From NCBI GenBank assembly GCA_015057505.1, contig SVEG01000002.1:147910-179909 (forward strand): a stretch of 32,000 bases of DNA, written 5' to 3'. Below are positions 14,181-22,250 of this stretch, one piece after another. How positions within the stretch are numbered: the first letter of the stretch is position 1; the number at the start of each line of letters is the position of its first letter. The position numbers and the translations under genes are program-made. This stretch comes from Lachnospiraceae bacterium. Its GTDB lineage: Bacteria; Bacillota; Clostridia; Lachnospirales; Lachnospiraceae. The notes under the pieces are model-generated. The model made no database searches and was not told where the DNA came from. It worked only from the letters and a program-made list of their open reading frames with translations.

Positions 14181-15233
14181 TCATTTTATAAAAAAATCTA
14201 CAACCTCATTTTTATAAAAGTCCTCAAATGACGCATATTTCCACCTCAAGTCAAATAAAGACATTACCTCTTCTATATAACAATAGCCAAGCCTTGTCTT
14301 GTGCCACTCTATCATAGATTCAATATCCTTGGGATTTAAATATTTCTTTCCCAAATAAAACTGTACCGCCCTAACCATGTATTCATTAATCAATACAATC
14401 GGATTGTTATAACATGAATCTAATCCATTTTCGATTGCATTCTTAAAAAAAGCAGTTAAATCTACATTCTCAAAATATTTTTCCCCAAGTGGATTTAAAT
14501 AAGGATGAGAAAATTCATGGAGACAAGTGATGACACAACTACTTGGCTTCATCATAATGTGTTTTTCATCATTTCCCACATTACGAAATCCTTGAAGGTT
14601 TACGATTAATTCTTTGTTTTGCATACCGTAACCTCCATGTGCAAAGTTATACAGAATAACCTTGTATTTCCCCAAACTATATCCATAGAACTCGGAAAAA
14701 ATCTGTTCGTCAAACTCAGCTTTGGAACAAAGTGCAACCCTATAAGCTTCTATAGCTTCAGCCAATAAACCCTTCTTTTCATCAAAAAAGCCATCAAAAT
14801 CAGCCTTCTTTACAAACTCACATAGTTCTTTTTGTAAAAAACTTTTATTAAATCGCGGATTCCTACTTTCTATATACACAATTTCTTTTGTATCGCCAAT
14901 ATGATAAAATTTATCTAGTGAAAAGGCAATCTCTATTGTTCTGTTGTATGTATCCAGACCACCTTCCGCAATATACTCTACAAATTCCTCAGATGCCGCC
15001 TTTTTGTATAGTTCATAAAATGCCTCACAATAAGATGGCAAAGTATCACAAAAAAAGTTTCCATCCGGATATAATATATTCGGCCTATCACGCTCTACAC
15101 AAAACTGAAGTCCTAACAACAATTCAACTCTCTTATCAAATGAAATATCCACTCTTTTCTCCTTTATTTCATCATTGCTTTTCTTCCCCACATTATATGT
15201 ATATATTATACTGATTTTTTTACCCAAACTCAA
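14181..15233 (-). CDS. Hypothetical protein with an HExxH zinc-metallopeptidase-like motif (possibly DUF4932-like), 350 aa
   Basis: CLHEFSHPYLNP contains HEFSH. No signal peptide. The family assignment is from memory only. Confidence 0.5.
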   Translation of the reverse strand: MSLGKKISIIYTYNVGKKSNDEIKEKRVDISFDKRVELLLGLQFCVERDRPNILYPDGNFFCDTLPSYCEAFYELYKKAASEEFVEYIAEGGLDTYNRTIEIAFSLDKFYHIGDTKEIVYIESRNPRFNKSFLQKELCEFVKKADFDGFFDEKKGLLAEAIEAYRVALCSKAEFDEQIFSEFYGYSLGKYKVILYNFAHGGYGMQNKELIVNLQGFRNVGNDEKHIMMKPSSCVITCLHEFSHPYLNPLGEKYFENVDLTAFFKNAIENGLDSCYNNPIVLINEYMVRAVQFYLGKKYLNPKDIESMIEWHKTRLGYCYIEEVMSLFDLRWKYASFEDFYKNEVVDFFIK

Positions 15234-15397
15234 TATTTTTTGATTTGATATTTTGCATATAATACCTAGTTTGTGAAATACTAATTTTATAATTTACCCA
15301 CAATTTCATTACTATTTTAAGGGAATATTTGCCTTAACTATTGACTTTTCCCTTATTTTATATTACTATTCAAGGGAAAGAGAGGTGTCATAAGGGA

Positions 15398-16444
15398 ATG
15401 AGACCATTTAACTATTCAGATTTAAAAGAACAAAAGTGGGATTCTGATATCCTCAGGCTTATCGCTGCTATCTATAAAGAAGCCGGAAAACAGGAAATGT
15501 ATTTGAAACAAAGACCTGAAGAATCAGAAAAGCTTGTAGAAATAGCAAAAATTCAAAGTACCGAAGCTTCCAATGCCATTGAAGGTATTGTTACTACCAG
15601 TACCCGAATCAGGCAGCTTGTGGAAGAAAAGACTACACCGAAAAACCGTGATGAACAGGAAATTGCCGGCTACCGTGATGTACTTAACATCATCCATGAG
15701 AATTTCGATGCAATTCCTTTGTCGCAAAATTATATCTTGCAATTTCACAAGATTATGTACAGCCATATGAATAACCCGATGGCAGGACGTACTAAAAATA
15801 CACAAAACTACATCACAGCCAAATATTCGGACGGACATGTGGAAACCATTTTTACACCACTTGCTCCTTACGAAACACCGGAAGCACTAAACAGAATCTG
15901 CGAAGAATATAATCGTGTCATCGGAAACATGGAAGTAGAACCGCTCATTGCCATTCCTATCTTTATTCATGATTTTCTCTGCATACACCCATTCAATGAT
16001 GGCAACGGCAGAATGAGCAGGCTACTTACTACACTGCTCTTATATCGAAATGGTTTTTACGTAGGGAAATATATATCGTTGGAAGCAAAGATTGCTAAGA
16101 ATAAAGATCTTTACTATGATGCTCTTAACCGCTCACAAGACAAATGGCACGAAGGATGCGAAGATGCACTTCCCTTCGTTAAATATTTTCTTGGAATTGT
16201 ACTTGCTGCATATAAGGATTTTGAAGACAGATTTGCCATTGTAGAAAAAAAGCTCCCTGCCATAGAAATGGTACGCAAAGCTACATTAAATAAGATAGGC
16301 AGATTTACCAAGCAGGATATCCGAGAATTATGTCCTTCTTTAAGCATCAGCTCCATTGAAGGCTCACTTCGTAAAATGGTGGCAGCCGGAGAACTGAAAC
16401 GTGAGGGGTCCGGAAAATCCACTTACTATTTTCGACTAAAATAA
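15398..16444 (+). CDS. Fic-family protein (AMPylase-type) with an N-terminal inhibitory helix motif and a C-terminal winged-helix-like tail
   Basis: Fic motif HPFNDGNGRMSR. Inhibitory motif SNAIEG, matching (S/T)xxxE(G/N). I preferred the ATG at 15398 (GAGAGGTG upstream) over the TTG at 15341. Confidence 0.9.
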   Translation: MRPFNYSDLKEQKWDSDILRLIAAIYKEAGKQEMYLKQRPEESEKLVEIAKIQSTEASNAIEGIVTTSTRIRQLVEEKTTPKNRDEQEIAGYRDVLNIIHENFDAIPLSQNYILQFHKIMYSHMNNPMAGRTKNTQNYITAKYSDGHVETIFTPLAPYETPEALNRICEEYNRVIGNMEVEPLIAIPIFIHDFLCIHPFNDGNGRMSRLLTTLLLYRNGFYVGKYISLEAKIAKNKDLYYDALNRSQDKWHEGCEDALPFVKYFLGIVLAAYKDFEDRFAIVEKKLPAIEMVRKATLNKIGRFTKQDIRELCPSLSISSIEGSLRKMVAAGELKREGSGKSTYYFRLK

Positions 16445-16452
16445 CCTTAAGC

Positions 16453-16500
16453 AAAAACCGTTCACTTAAATTTATCACAGTTTTAAGGGAACGGTTTTTT
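16453..16500 (+). terminator. Intrinsic terminator after the Fic gene
   Basis: AAAAACCGTTCACTTAAA...TTTAAGGGAACGGTTTTTT stem-loop followed by a T-run. Confidence 0.75.
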
Positions 16501-16512
16501 GTTATCTGGTCG

Positions 16513-16542
16513 TAATAAGAAAAACTACTAATAAGAAAAACT
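16513..16542 (+). repeat. Perfect 14-nt direct repeat TAATAAGAAAAACT, two copies spaced 16 nt start to start, upstream of the sigma factor gene
   Basis: Copies at 16513-16526 and 16529-16542, read directly from the sequence. Confidence 0.7.
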
Positions 16543-16622
16543 TTTTAAAAAAATTTAAGATTTCGAGTTCAAATGTTGTGTATATAAGTGAAAGGCTCAA
16601 AACGAAAGCGAGGTGAAACCCG

Positions 16623-17183
16623 ATGGAGGACGCAAAAATAGTCCAGTTATACTGGAGCAGAGATGAGCAGGCAATTTCTGCCACGGCAGACAAATATGGC
16701 AACTACTGTACCTTTATTGCCGGAAACATACTTGGAAACAACGAGGATGCAGAAGAATGTGTCAACGATACATATCTTCACGCATGGAACTCCATGCCAC
16801 CACATAGGCCAAATATTCTGTCTACATTTCTTGGAAAAATCACAAGGAACTTATCAATAAACAGATACAAGCATAACACTGCAGACAAACGAGGTGGCGG
16901 TGAGCTGCCTATGGTTTTGGATGAAATCTCGGAACTTGTATCTGATATGGATGACGTTGAAAACGAGATAGAATATAAGGAGCTTATAGATGCCATTGAT
17001 ACATTTCTTGGTACATTATCTGTCAAAATGAGAGGTATCTTCGTTAGACGATACTGGTACTTTGACAACATTTCATATATTGCTTCGCGCTTTGGCATGA
17101 CAGAAAATAATATATCTGTCACGCTTAACCACATACGCCTAAAATTACACAACTACCTTTTAGAGAGGGGATTTGAACTATGA
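16623..17183 (+). CDS. Sigma-70 family (ECF-like, group 4) RNA polymerase sigma factor
   Basis: Region 2 DAEECVNDTYLHAWNSMP. Region 4 HTH ISYIASRFGMTENNISVTLNHIRLKL. GAGGTG RBS. Confidence 0.85.
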   Translation: MEDAKIVQLYWSRDEQAISATADKYGNYCTFIAGNILGNNEDAEECVNDTYLHAWNSMPPHRPNILSTFLGKITRNLSINRYKHNTADKRGGGELPMVLDEISELVSDMDDVENEIEYKELIDAIDTFLGTLSVKMRGIFVRRYWYFDNISYIASRFGMTENNISVTLNHIRLKLHNYLLERGFEL

Positions 17184-18340
17184 AAAAAGAAAAATTTGTT
17201 GAACTTCTCGGCAACATCAATGAAAACTATATAAAAGAAGCCGAGACAATTGAAACCACCAAAAAGCCCGTTTGGCTAAAATGGGGTGCCATAGCAGCCT
17301 GCCTTGCAATTATTGTATATGCCGGCGTAAGGCTTTTTCCAAAAGGCGCGGAAACACCAAGGGTTTTACCTGATTTACCCTTGATTACTATTGAAAATAA
17401 CGGAGTCTCAGGAATGGGTTTTGAAGGATATCTTGCTCATGATATATCAGAGCTTGTAAGTGCCAATCCTTGGAATAAGTCATTAAAAATTGACGCACTG
17501 CCTGTCTATCGCAATGCCTTAACCTACGATAAAAATCATCTTGAATCTTCACCGGATGCTGATCCTGATAAAATGCAGGAGCTTTTACTGGAAGTTGCAG
17601 ACAGCCTTGGACTTGACACAAATAATGTGACCATTGAGCAGGAATTTCTTGTTGAAAACGCTCCGCCTACTTACTTGAGAATTAATACAGAGGAATTTAG
17701 AATTGAAGTTGACCAATCGTTAGTCGCAACAATACACTTTAAAACGAACATTCCCCTTCCTGAAGAATATAATTATTACTATGCGCCCTATGATGATATA
17801 GCCGCCGTTGCCGAATACCTGAAAAAACAATACAGTAATTTTATAATCCTTAACAATCCGCAAGCTAATATTCATGGCGGAGATTACGACATTCGAGGAC
17901 GGCAAATATATGACCTTAAGTTTTTTGAAGGAAGCGAAAACAAAATCGAGCAGATTATAAATTACAACTTTAACAAAGTGGAATTTGGTTGCGTTAATGA
18001 CGAGTTATTTCTGATAAGAATATATAAACCTGATTTGTCTGAGAAAGTTGGCGACTATCCGATTATCACTCCCGATGAAGCATATGAGCTGTTAGCAGAC
18101 GGACAATATGCATCCTCTTCTCCCTACGAGCTTCCTGGATTAAAATATGTCAAAAAGGTGGAGCTTGTCTATCGTACCGGCAAATACGAAAGCTACTATA
18201 TGCCATACTATCGCTTTTATGTTGAATTACCCGAGGAACAACACGAACATGGATTAACAACCTATGGAGCGTATTATGTGCCCGCGGTAGTAGGCTCGTA
18301 TATTACCAACATGCCGACATATGATGGCAGATTTAACTAA
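17180..18340 (+). CDS. Putative single-pass membrane anti-sigma factor or sigma-associated protein, 386 aa
   Basis: 4-nt ATGA overlap with the sigma gene. The N-terminus LLGNINENYIKEAE is typical of partners of clostridial ECF-like sigmas. One TM segment (WLKWGAIAACLAIIVYAGV) and a large extracytoplasmic domain. Confidence 0.6.
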   Translation: MKKEKFVELLGNINENYIKEAETIETTKKPVWLKWGAIAACLAIIVYAGVRLFPKGAETPRVLPDLPLITIENNGVSGMGFEGYLAHDISELVSANPWNKSLKIDALPVYRNALTYDKNHLESSPDADPDKMQELLLEVADSLGLDTNNVTIEQEFLVENAPPTYLRINTEEFRIEVDQSLVATIHFKTNIPLPEEYNYYYAPYDDIAAVAEYLKKQYSNFIILNNPQANIHGGDYDIRGRQIYDLKFFEGSENKIEQIINYNFNKVEFGCVNDELFLIRIYKPDLSEKVGDYPIITPDEAYELLADGQYASSSPYELPGLKYVKKVELVYRTGKYESYYMPYYRFYVELPEEQHEHGLTTYGAYYVPAVVGSYITNMPTYDGRFN

Positions 18341-18350
18341 AAACAAAATG

Positions 18351-18394
18351 AAAAAGGGGCTGTGCAAATATTTCAATTGCATGCCCCTATTTTG
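18351..18394. terminator. Bidirectional intrinsic terminator between convergent genes
   Basis: AAAAAGGGGCTGTGCAA...TTGCATGCCCCTATTTT, with an A-run on the left and a T-run on the right. Confidence 0.75.
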
Positions 18395-18439
18395 TCAATT
18401 ACAGCAGTCTTATCTCTCCCGTTATTGTACGAACTCTTA

Positions 18440-19120
18440 TTATTTTACCTTATAACTCTCCACAATACTATCCGCCAGTCTCTCAACTGTCTCAAGGTCT
18501 TCATTCACCTCAACCGCAAATGAACTGTACTCTCCATCATCCTCTGTAAAATAAACAATCCACTGCTCATTTACATCGTCACCGGATATTCCCTTTACAG
18601 TAATCTCGTACTGCGCTTTTACAAACTCCTTACTTCCGTCCTCGGTAGCAATAGTTGCGGTCGCAACAAGCTCTATCTCATTAGGAAGCTTATCTCCCAT
18701 GCTCTTCCACAAAATTCTTCTACCGTTCTGTGTGGTGTCCGATACCCACTTTGGCATATCTGCAATATCTTCCGGAAGCTCATACCCCTCATACAAACTT
18801 TGCAAATCATTGCGTATGTACCATGAGTACATCTGATATGTATAAGTTGAAGCCATCGGCTGCCCAACTGTTCTTATCTCACCGTTTTTGCCGAAATCCT
18901 GCCAGCCGTCATACTTGCCGAATTCATTTTCCTGCAGATAGCACACAGGATTCTCTTCTGTGTAATTCGGAAAAGCCATGTTATTATAATCTGCCGTGTC
19001 TACCGTTGTTTTTTCATTACATGCGCAAAGTAAAAACACGCACAAAATTGACACTAAAGCCAAAAACAATACTCTAGCTAATCCGAATCCTACCGCTATA
19101 CTACACTTGCTACTTCTCAT
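18440..19120 (-). CDS. Hypothetical lipoprotein, 226 aa
   Basis: Signal peptide ending in the lipobox-like LLCAC, then NEKTT. No recognisable domain. Confidence 0.6.
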   Translation of the reverse strand: MRSSKCSIAVGFGLARVLFLALVSILCVFLLCACNEKTTVDTADYNNMAFPNYTEENPVCYLQENEFGKYDGWQDFGKNGEIRTVGQPMASTYTYQMYSWYIRNDLQSLYEGYELPEDIADMPKWVSDTTQNGRRILWKSMGDKLPNEIELVATATIATEDGSKEFVKAQYEITVKGISGDDVNEQWIVYFTEDDGEYSSFAVEVNEDLETVERLADSIVESYKVK

Positions 19121-19226
19121 AATATATTATTCCTCCGCTCTTATTCCAAAACTAGCTTTTCTAACAAATTACTGTTACATAAAATATACGTAAGCAGTCA
19201 TATATTTTTATGGCATTTCTCGTTTT

Positions 19227-20171
19227 TTATATTCCTTCCCCATCAAACTCAGGTATAAAGCTCTCCTTCGCGGTCTCGCCCTCCTGGATAAAACCGTTCT
19301 CAACGCCAAGCTCTATAGCATAATCAACAAGCTCATCATACTCTGCTTCTGTCACGAGCCTGTTAAGTTCCGAATACTTCTCAAACTTCTTCATAGGCGT
19401 ATATTGGTTCATTATACTTATATAAATCTCATCACCATAAGTCTCATACAAATATTTTATTATTTTCTTGGAATCTTCAAGACCTCCCGGCAACAAAAGA
19501 TGCCTTACAATCACACCTTTTAGCATTATTCCGTCTTCAACAATTCCGTCACCGATTAAGCCTTGTATGCCACTATCGCCCGCAAACACAGCGTCTTTAC
19601 ACTGCCTTACCATCTCACTGATTGCGGCAGTTGCCACTTTAAAATAGTCAGATGCGTTGGAATATCTTTGGGCCATATTGCTGTCATAATACTTAAGATC
19701 CGGCAAATATACCTGCACATGGCCTTCAAGACTTCTTATAGTCTCGACATGCTCATAGCTTCCTGTATTATACACGACGGGCAATTTTAGCCCGTCTGCC
19801 CTTGCACCTTTAAGTGCATCAATAATCTGTGGCACAAAATGTGTCGGTGTCACAAGATTTATATTATTGGCCTTCTTATCTTGTAATTCCAGAAAAATCT
19901 CAGACAGCCTCTGCGTAGATATTCGCTTGCCTGATTTGCCGATGGCAATGGAATGATTCTGGCAGAATACGCACCTAAGCGGACAGCCTGAAAAAAACAC
20001 TGTGCCCGAGCCTCTCTCACCCGAAATACAAGGCTCTTCCCACATATGAAGCGCAGCGCGGGCAGCACTTATTTCATAAGGCTGCCCGCAATATCCTATT
20101 TCTCCAATTTTTCTGTTAACATTACAATTTCTCGGGCATAAATTGCATTTATTTGTTAATATATCTTTCAC
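19227..20171 (-). CDS. Radical SAM protein of the PflX type (COG1313, homolog of pyruvate formate-lyase activase), 314 aa
   Basis: N-terminal CNLCPRNCNVNR...GYCG motif and radical SAM cluster CPLRCVFCQN. Start set at the GTG at 20171 (AGGAG 7 nt upstream). The ORF-track N-terminal extension is Arg-rich and overlaps the upstream gene. Confidence 0.8.
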   Translation of the reverse strand: MKDILTNKCNLCPRNCNVNRKIGEIGYCGQPYEISAARAALHMWEEPCISGERGSGTVFFSGCPLRCVFCQNHSIAIGKSGKRISTQRLSEIFLELQDKKANNINLVTPTHFVPQIIDALKGARADGLKLPVVYNTGSYEHVETIRSLEGHVQVYLPDLKYYDSNMAQRYSNASDYFKVATAAISEMVRQCKDAVFAGDSGIQGLIGDGIVEDGIMLKGVIVRHLLLPGGLEDSKKIIKYLYETYGDEIYISIMNQYTPMKKFEKYSELNRLVTEAEYDELVDYAIELGVENGFIQEGETAKESFIPEFDGEGI

Positions 20172-20196
20172 AACTCTGCTCCTGATATTGTCTAAA

Positions 20197-22236
20197 TTAC
20201 TTCTTAATCTCCATATAAGCATGCTTCTCCGGACTCTTCTCATAAACAGCAGGCACAACCTTCTCACCCTCTGTATTAACCGTATAAATCTCCGGCACCG
20301 GAACCTTTGTTGTCTCCGCTCCAAAATAGAAACTTGTATTGGCAGGCTGGTTATAATGATTATTCTGCCATACAATTGCCTCTCTGTAAGTCACATCATG
20401 CATAAGTGTCGGCATTCTGTACTCTGTTGGGATATTAGTGCTGTAAATACGCATCTCAGTATTGTCAGCGGCACGAACAATAACCTCATCTCGCCAGTCA
20501 CCGAGAAAATCCGCTGTAAGACAGTTTTGCCCCTTACTTCCGCCGTTAGAAGCACTGCCGCTTGCAGTAAGAACCGTATTCATAACTTTTTCTTCCCAGT
20601 CCCATTTATAAATCGTTATCTCACTCTTAGCATCATGGTCAAGAAGTTCTGCAAGCAAATCTCCATCCCAGTACATCTTCATATTCATGGATGAAGGACA
20701 AGCCTCGTTAAGCACCTCACCGGAAAAAGCCATAAGTGGTGTACCCGTGGAACCCCACATCTCCCAACCTCTGCTTGTCGGATCAATATCTGCGGCACGT
20801 GAACGTCCCGTATCCTTAGGCTTTGTCTCACCAAAAATAATCTCACCAGTGAGTGCACTATGTAAGCCGATGTTTACCGGAAGATTCGCAGTCTCCCTGC
20901 ACGCCCACGTAAAATACTCATATGTATCCGGACTCATAACAGCCACATCATACGCATCACCGTGTCCAAGCTTAATCTCTGTTCCATCCTCTTTTACACC
21001 CTTAACAATATACATTATACTTCCATCATCATCTATCGCTGCTGCACCTGTGATAATCTCATCCTTGCCGTCATAGTCCACATCAGCAACCGCTATACTG
21101 TGATAGCCTGTGTTAAACAAATTCTCCAAAGAATTCTTATTCTCGCAGTCAACTGTCCAGCCAACTTCAAACTCACCATCTTTTATATTCCATGTTGCAA
21201 CCTTACAAGCTGCCCAACAACCACGGAAATGCACAATACTTGGTGTCTCTCCGTTAAGATATGCCACACAAAATCCATAATGGCTAGCTCTTTTTGTTGT
21301 TTTACCTGTATCATAAGAATTAAGCCATGATTCAAGTGGGTCTCTTGACGGTAAAAGTTCAGTTCTTGCTACTTCTTCTCCTGTCTCACCGTCATACATT
21401 GATAAAAATTCAGGACCTTGGCTCAGATACTGTCTATCTTTCATTATTACAAGTGCACTTCCACGCTTACTGTAATCAGTTACACCGTCGCCATCCATGT
21501 CTCCAATCTTATTACCTACACCATCAACCGTCCCTTCAAACGAACGCATTACCACCTCTGATTTACCATCGCCATCCAAATCATAAACAATAAAATTAAT
21601 ATCTATTGTATTAATCTCATTCGGACCTATATCAATGGTCCACATGTGTGTTCCGTCAAGCTCATACGCCTCTAAAAGCGGATACACATCCCTACTGACC
21701 ACATTCATATTTGCCGGATTACGACGCACAACTATCTCATACTGTCCGTCACCATCCAAATCACCTACGGACGCATCATCTATATTATAATCTCCAATTT
21801 CATACTGTTTAACCGGAACCGACAGATACTCTCTGCTAAAATTAATGGCTGTCTCTGTCTTATCAGTCTGCTCCGCCTTCTTTACAACAGGAACAAGTGT
21901 GTACACAGCATTAGCATCTTTAGTAGCATCATAAGAAGTATCCGTATAATTGGTTAAGCTCTCAATAGGCTTCTTGTTAAGAAGCGTACCGTCCTTGTAC
22001 ACGTTAAACTTAAGCTCTGTTGAATCGGTTCCCAAAAAACGCCAGCTTAAAAACATACCTTCCTCCGAAGGTATCGCCACAAATCCTCTGTCAAGCTCCT
22101 CCATCTGCTTAAGAGACACCGGACGATTCTCATACATTAAGTCCATCTCCGTCTTCGGTTTTTCTTCCTTACAGCCCATAGCACATACAAGCATTGTTGT
22201 AGCAAGTGTCAAACAGCATAAACGTCGTAATTTCAT
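20197..22236 (-). CDS. Polysaccharide lyase family 11 rhamnogalacturonan lyase-like beta-propeller lipoprotein (YesW/YesX-like)
   Basis: KQMEELDRGFVAIPSEEGMFLSWRFLGT, DDASVGDLDGDGQYEIV, YWDGDLLAELLD, and LTADFLGDWRDEVIVR...MRIYSTNIPTEYRMPTLMHD..YREAIVWQNNHYNQP are collinear with B. subtilis YesW as I recall it. Lipobox AMGC. ATG at 22236 with a GGAGG RBS. Confidence 0.8.
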   Translation of the reverse strand: MKLRRLCCLTLATTMLVCAMGCKEEKPKTEMDLMYENRPVSLKQMEELDRGFVAIPSEEGMFLSWRFLGTDSTELKFNVYKDGTLLNKKPIESLTNYTDTSYDATKDANAVYTLVPVVKKAEQTDKTETAINFSREYLSVPVKQYEIGDYNIDDASVGDLDGDGQYEIVVRRNPANMNVVSRDVYPLLEAYELDGTHMWTIDIGPNEINTIDINFIVYDLDGDGKSEVVMRSFEGTVDGVGNKIGDMDGDGVTDYSKRGSALVIMKDRQYLSQGPEFLSMYDGETGEEVARTELLPSRDPLESWLNSYDTGKTTKRASHYGFCVAYLNGETPSIVHFRGCWAACKVATWNIKDGEFEVGWTVDCENKNSLENLFNTGYHSIAVADVDYDGKDEIITGAAAIDDDGSIMYIVKGVKEDGTEIKLGHGDAYDVAVMSPDTYEYFTWACRETANLPVNIGLHSALTGEIIFGETKPKDTGRSRAADIDPTSRGWEMWGSTGTPLMAFSGEVLNEACPSSMNMKMYWDGDLLAELLDHDAKSEITIYKWDWEEKVMNTVLTASGSASNGGSKGQNCLTADFLGDWRDEVIVRAADNTEMRIYSTNIPTEYRMPTLMHDVTYREAIVWQNNHYNQPANTSFYFGAETTKVPVPEIYTVNTEGEKVVPAVYEKSPEKHAYMEIKK

Positions 22237-22250
22237 AAAAGCCTCCAAAA

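Noticed and set aside
15341-15397. TTG start giving a 19-aa extension on the Fic protein
   Set aside because: The same TTGACT hexamer reads better as a -35 element. The ATG at 15398 is preceded by GAGAGGTG.
20172-20375. 68-aa Arg-rich N-terminal extension of the PflX-type ORF
   Set aside because: It overlaps the 3' end of the PL11-like gene in another frame, and its composition (RRQQRFRCRRF...) is atypical. A GTG with an AGGAG RBS sits right after the upstream stop.
20197-22236. The beta-propeller as a novel effector or third component of a MoxR-vWA conflict system
   Set aside because: The similarity to PL11 rhamnogalacturonan lyases (YesW/YesX) runs end to end, including the C-terminal LGDWR..RIY..IPT..LMHD block. 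A carbohydrate-active enzyme is therefore the conservative call, and the adjacency is reported only as a low-interest finding.
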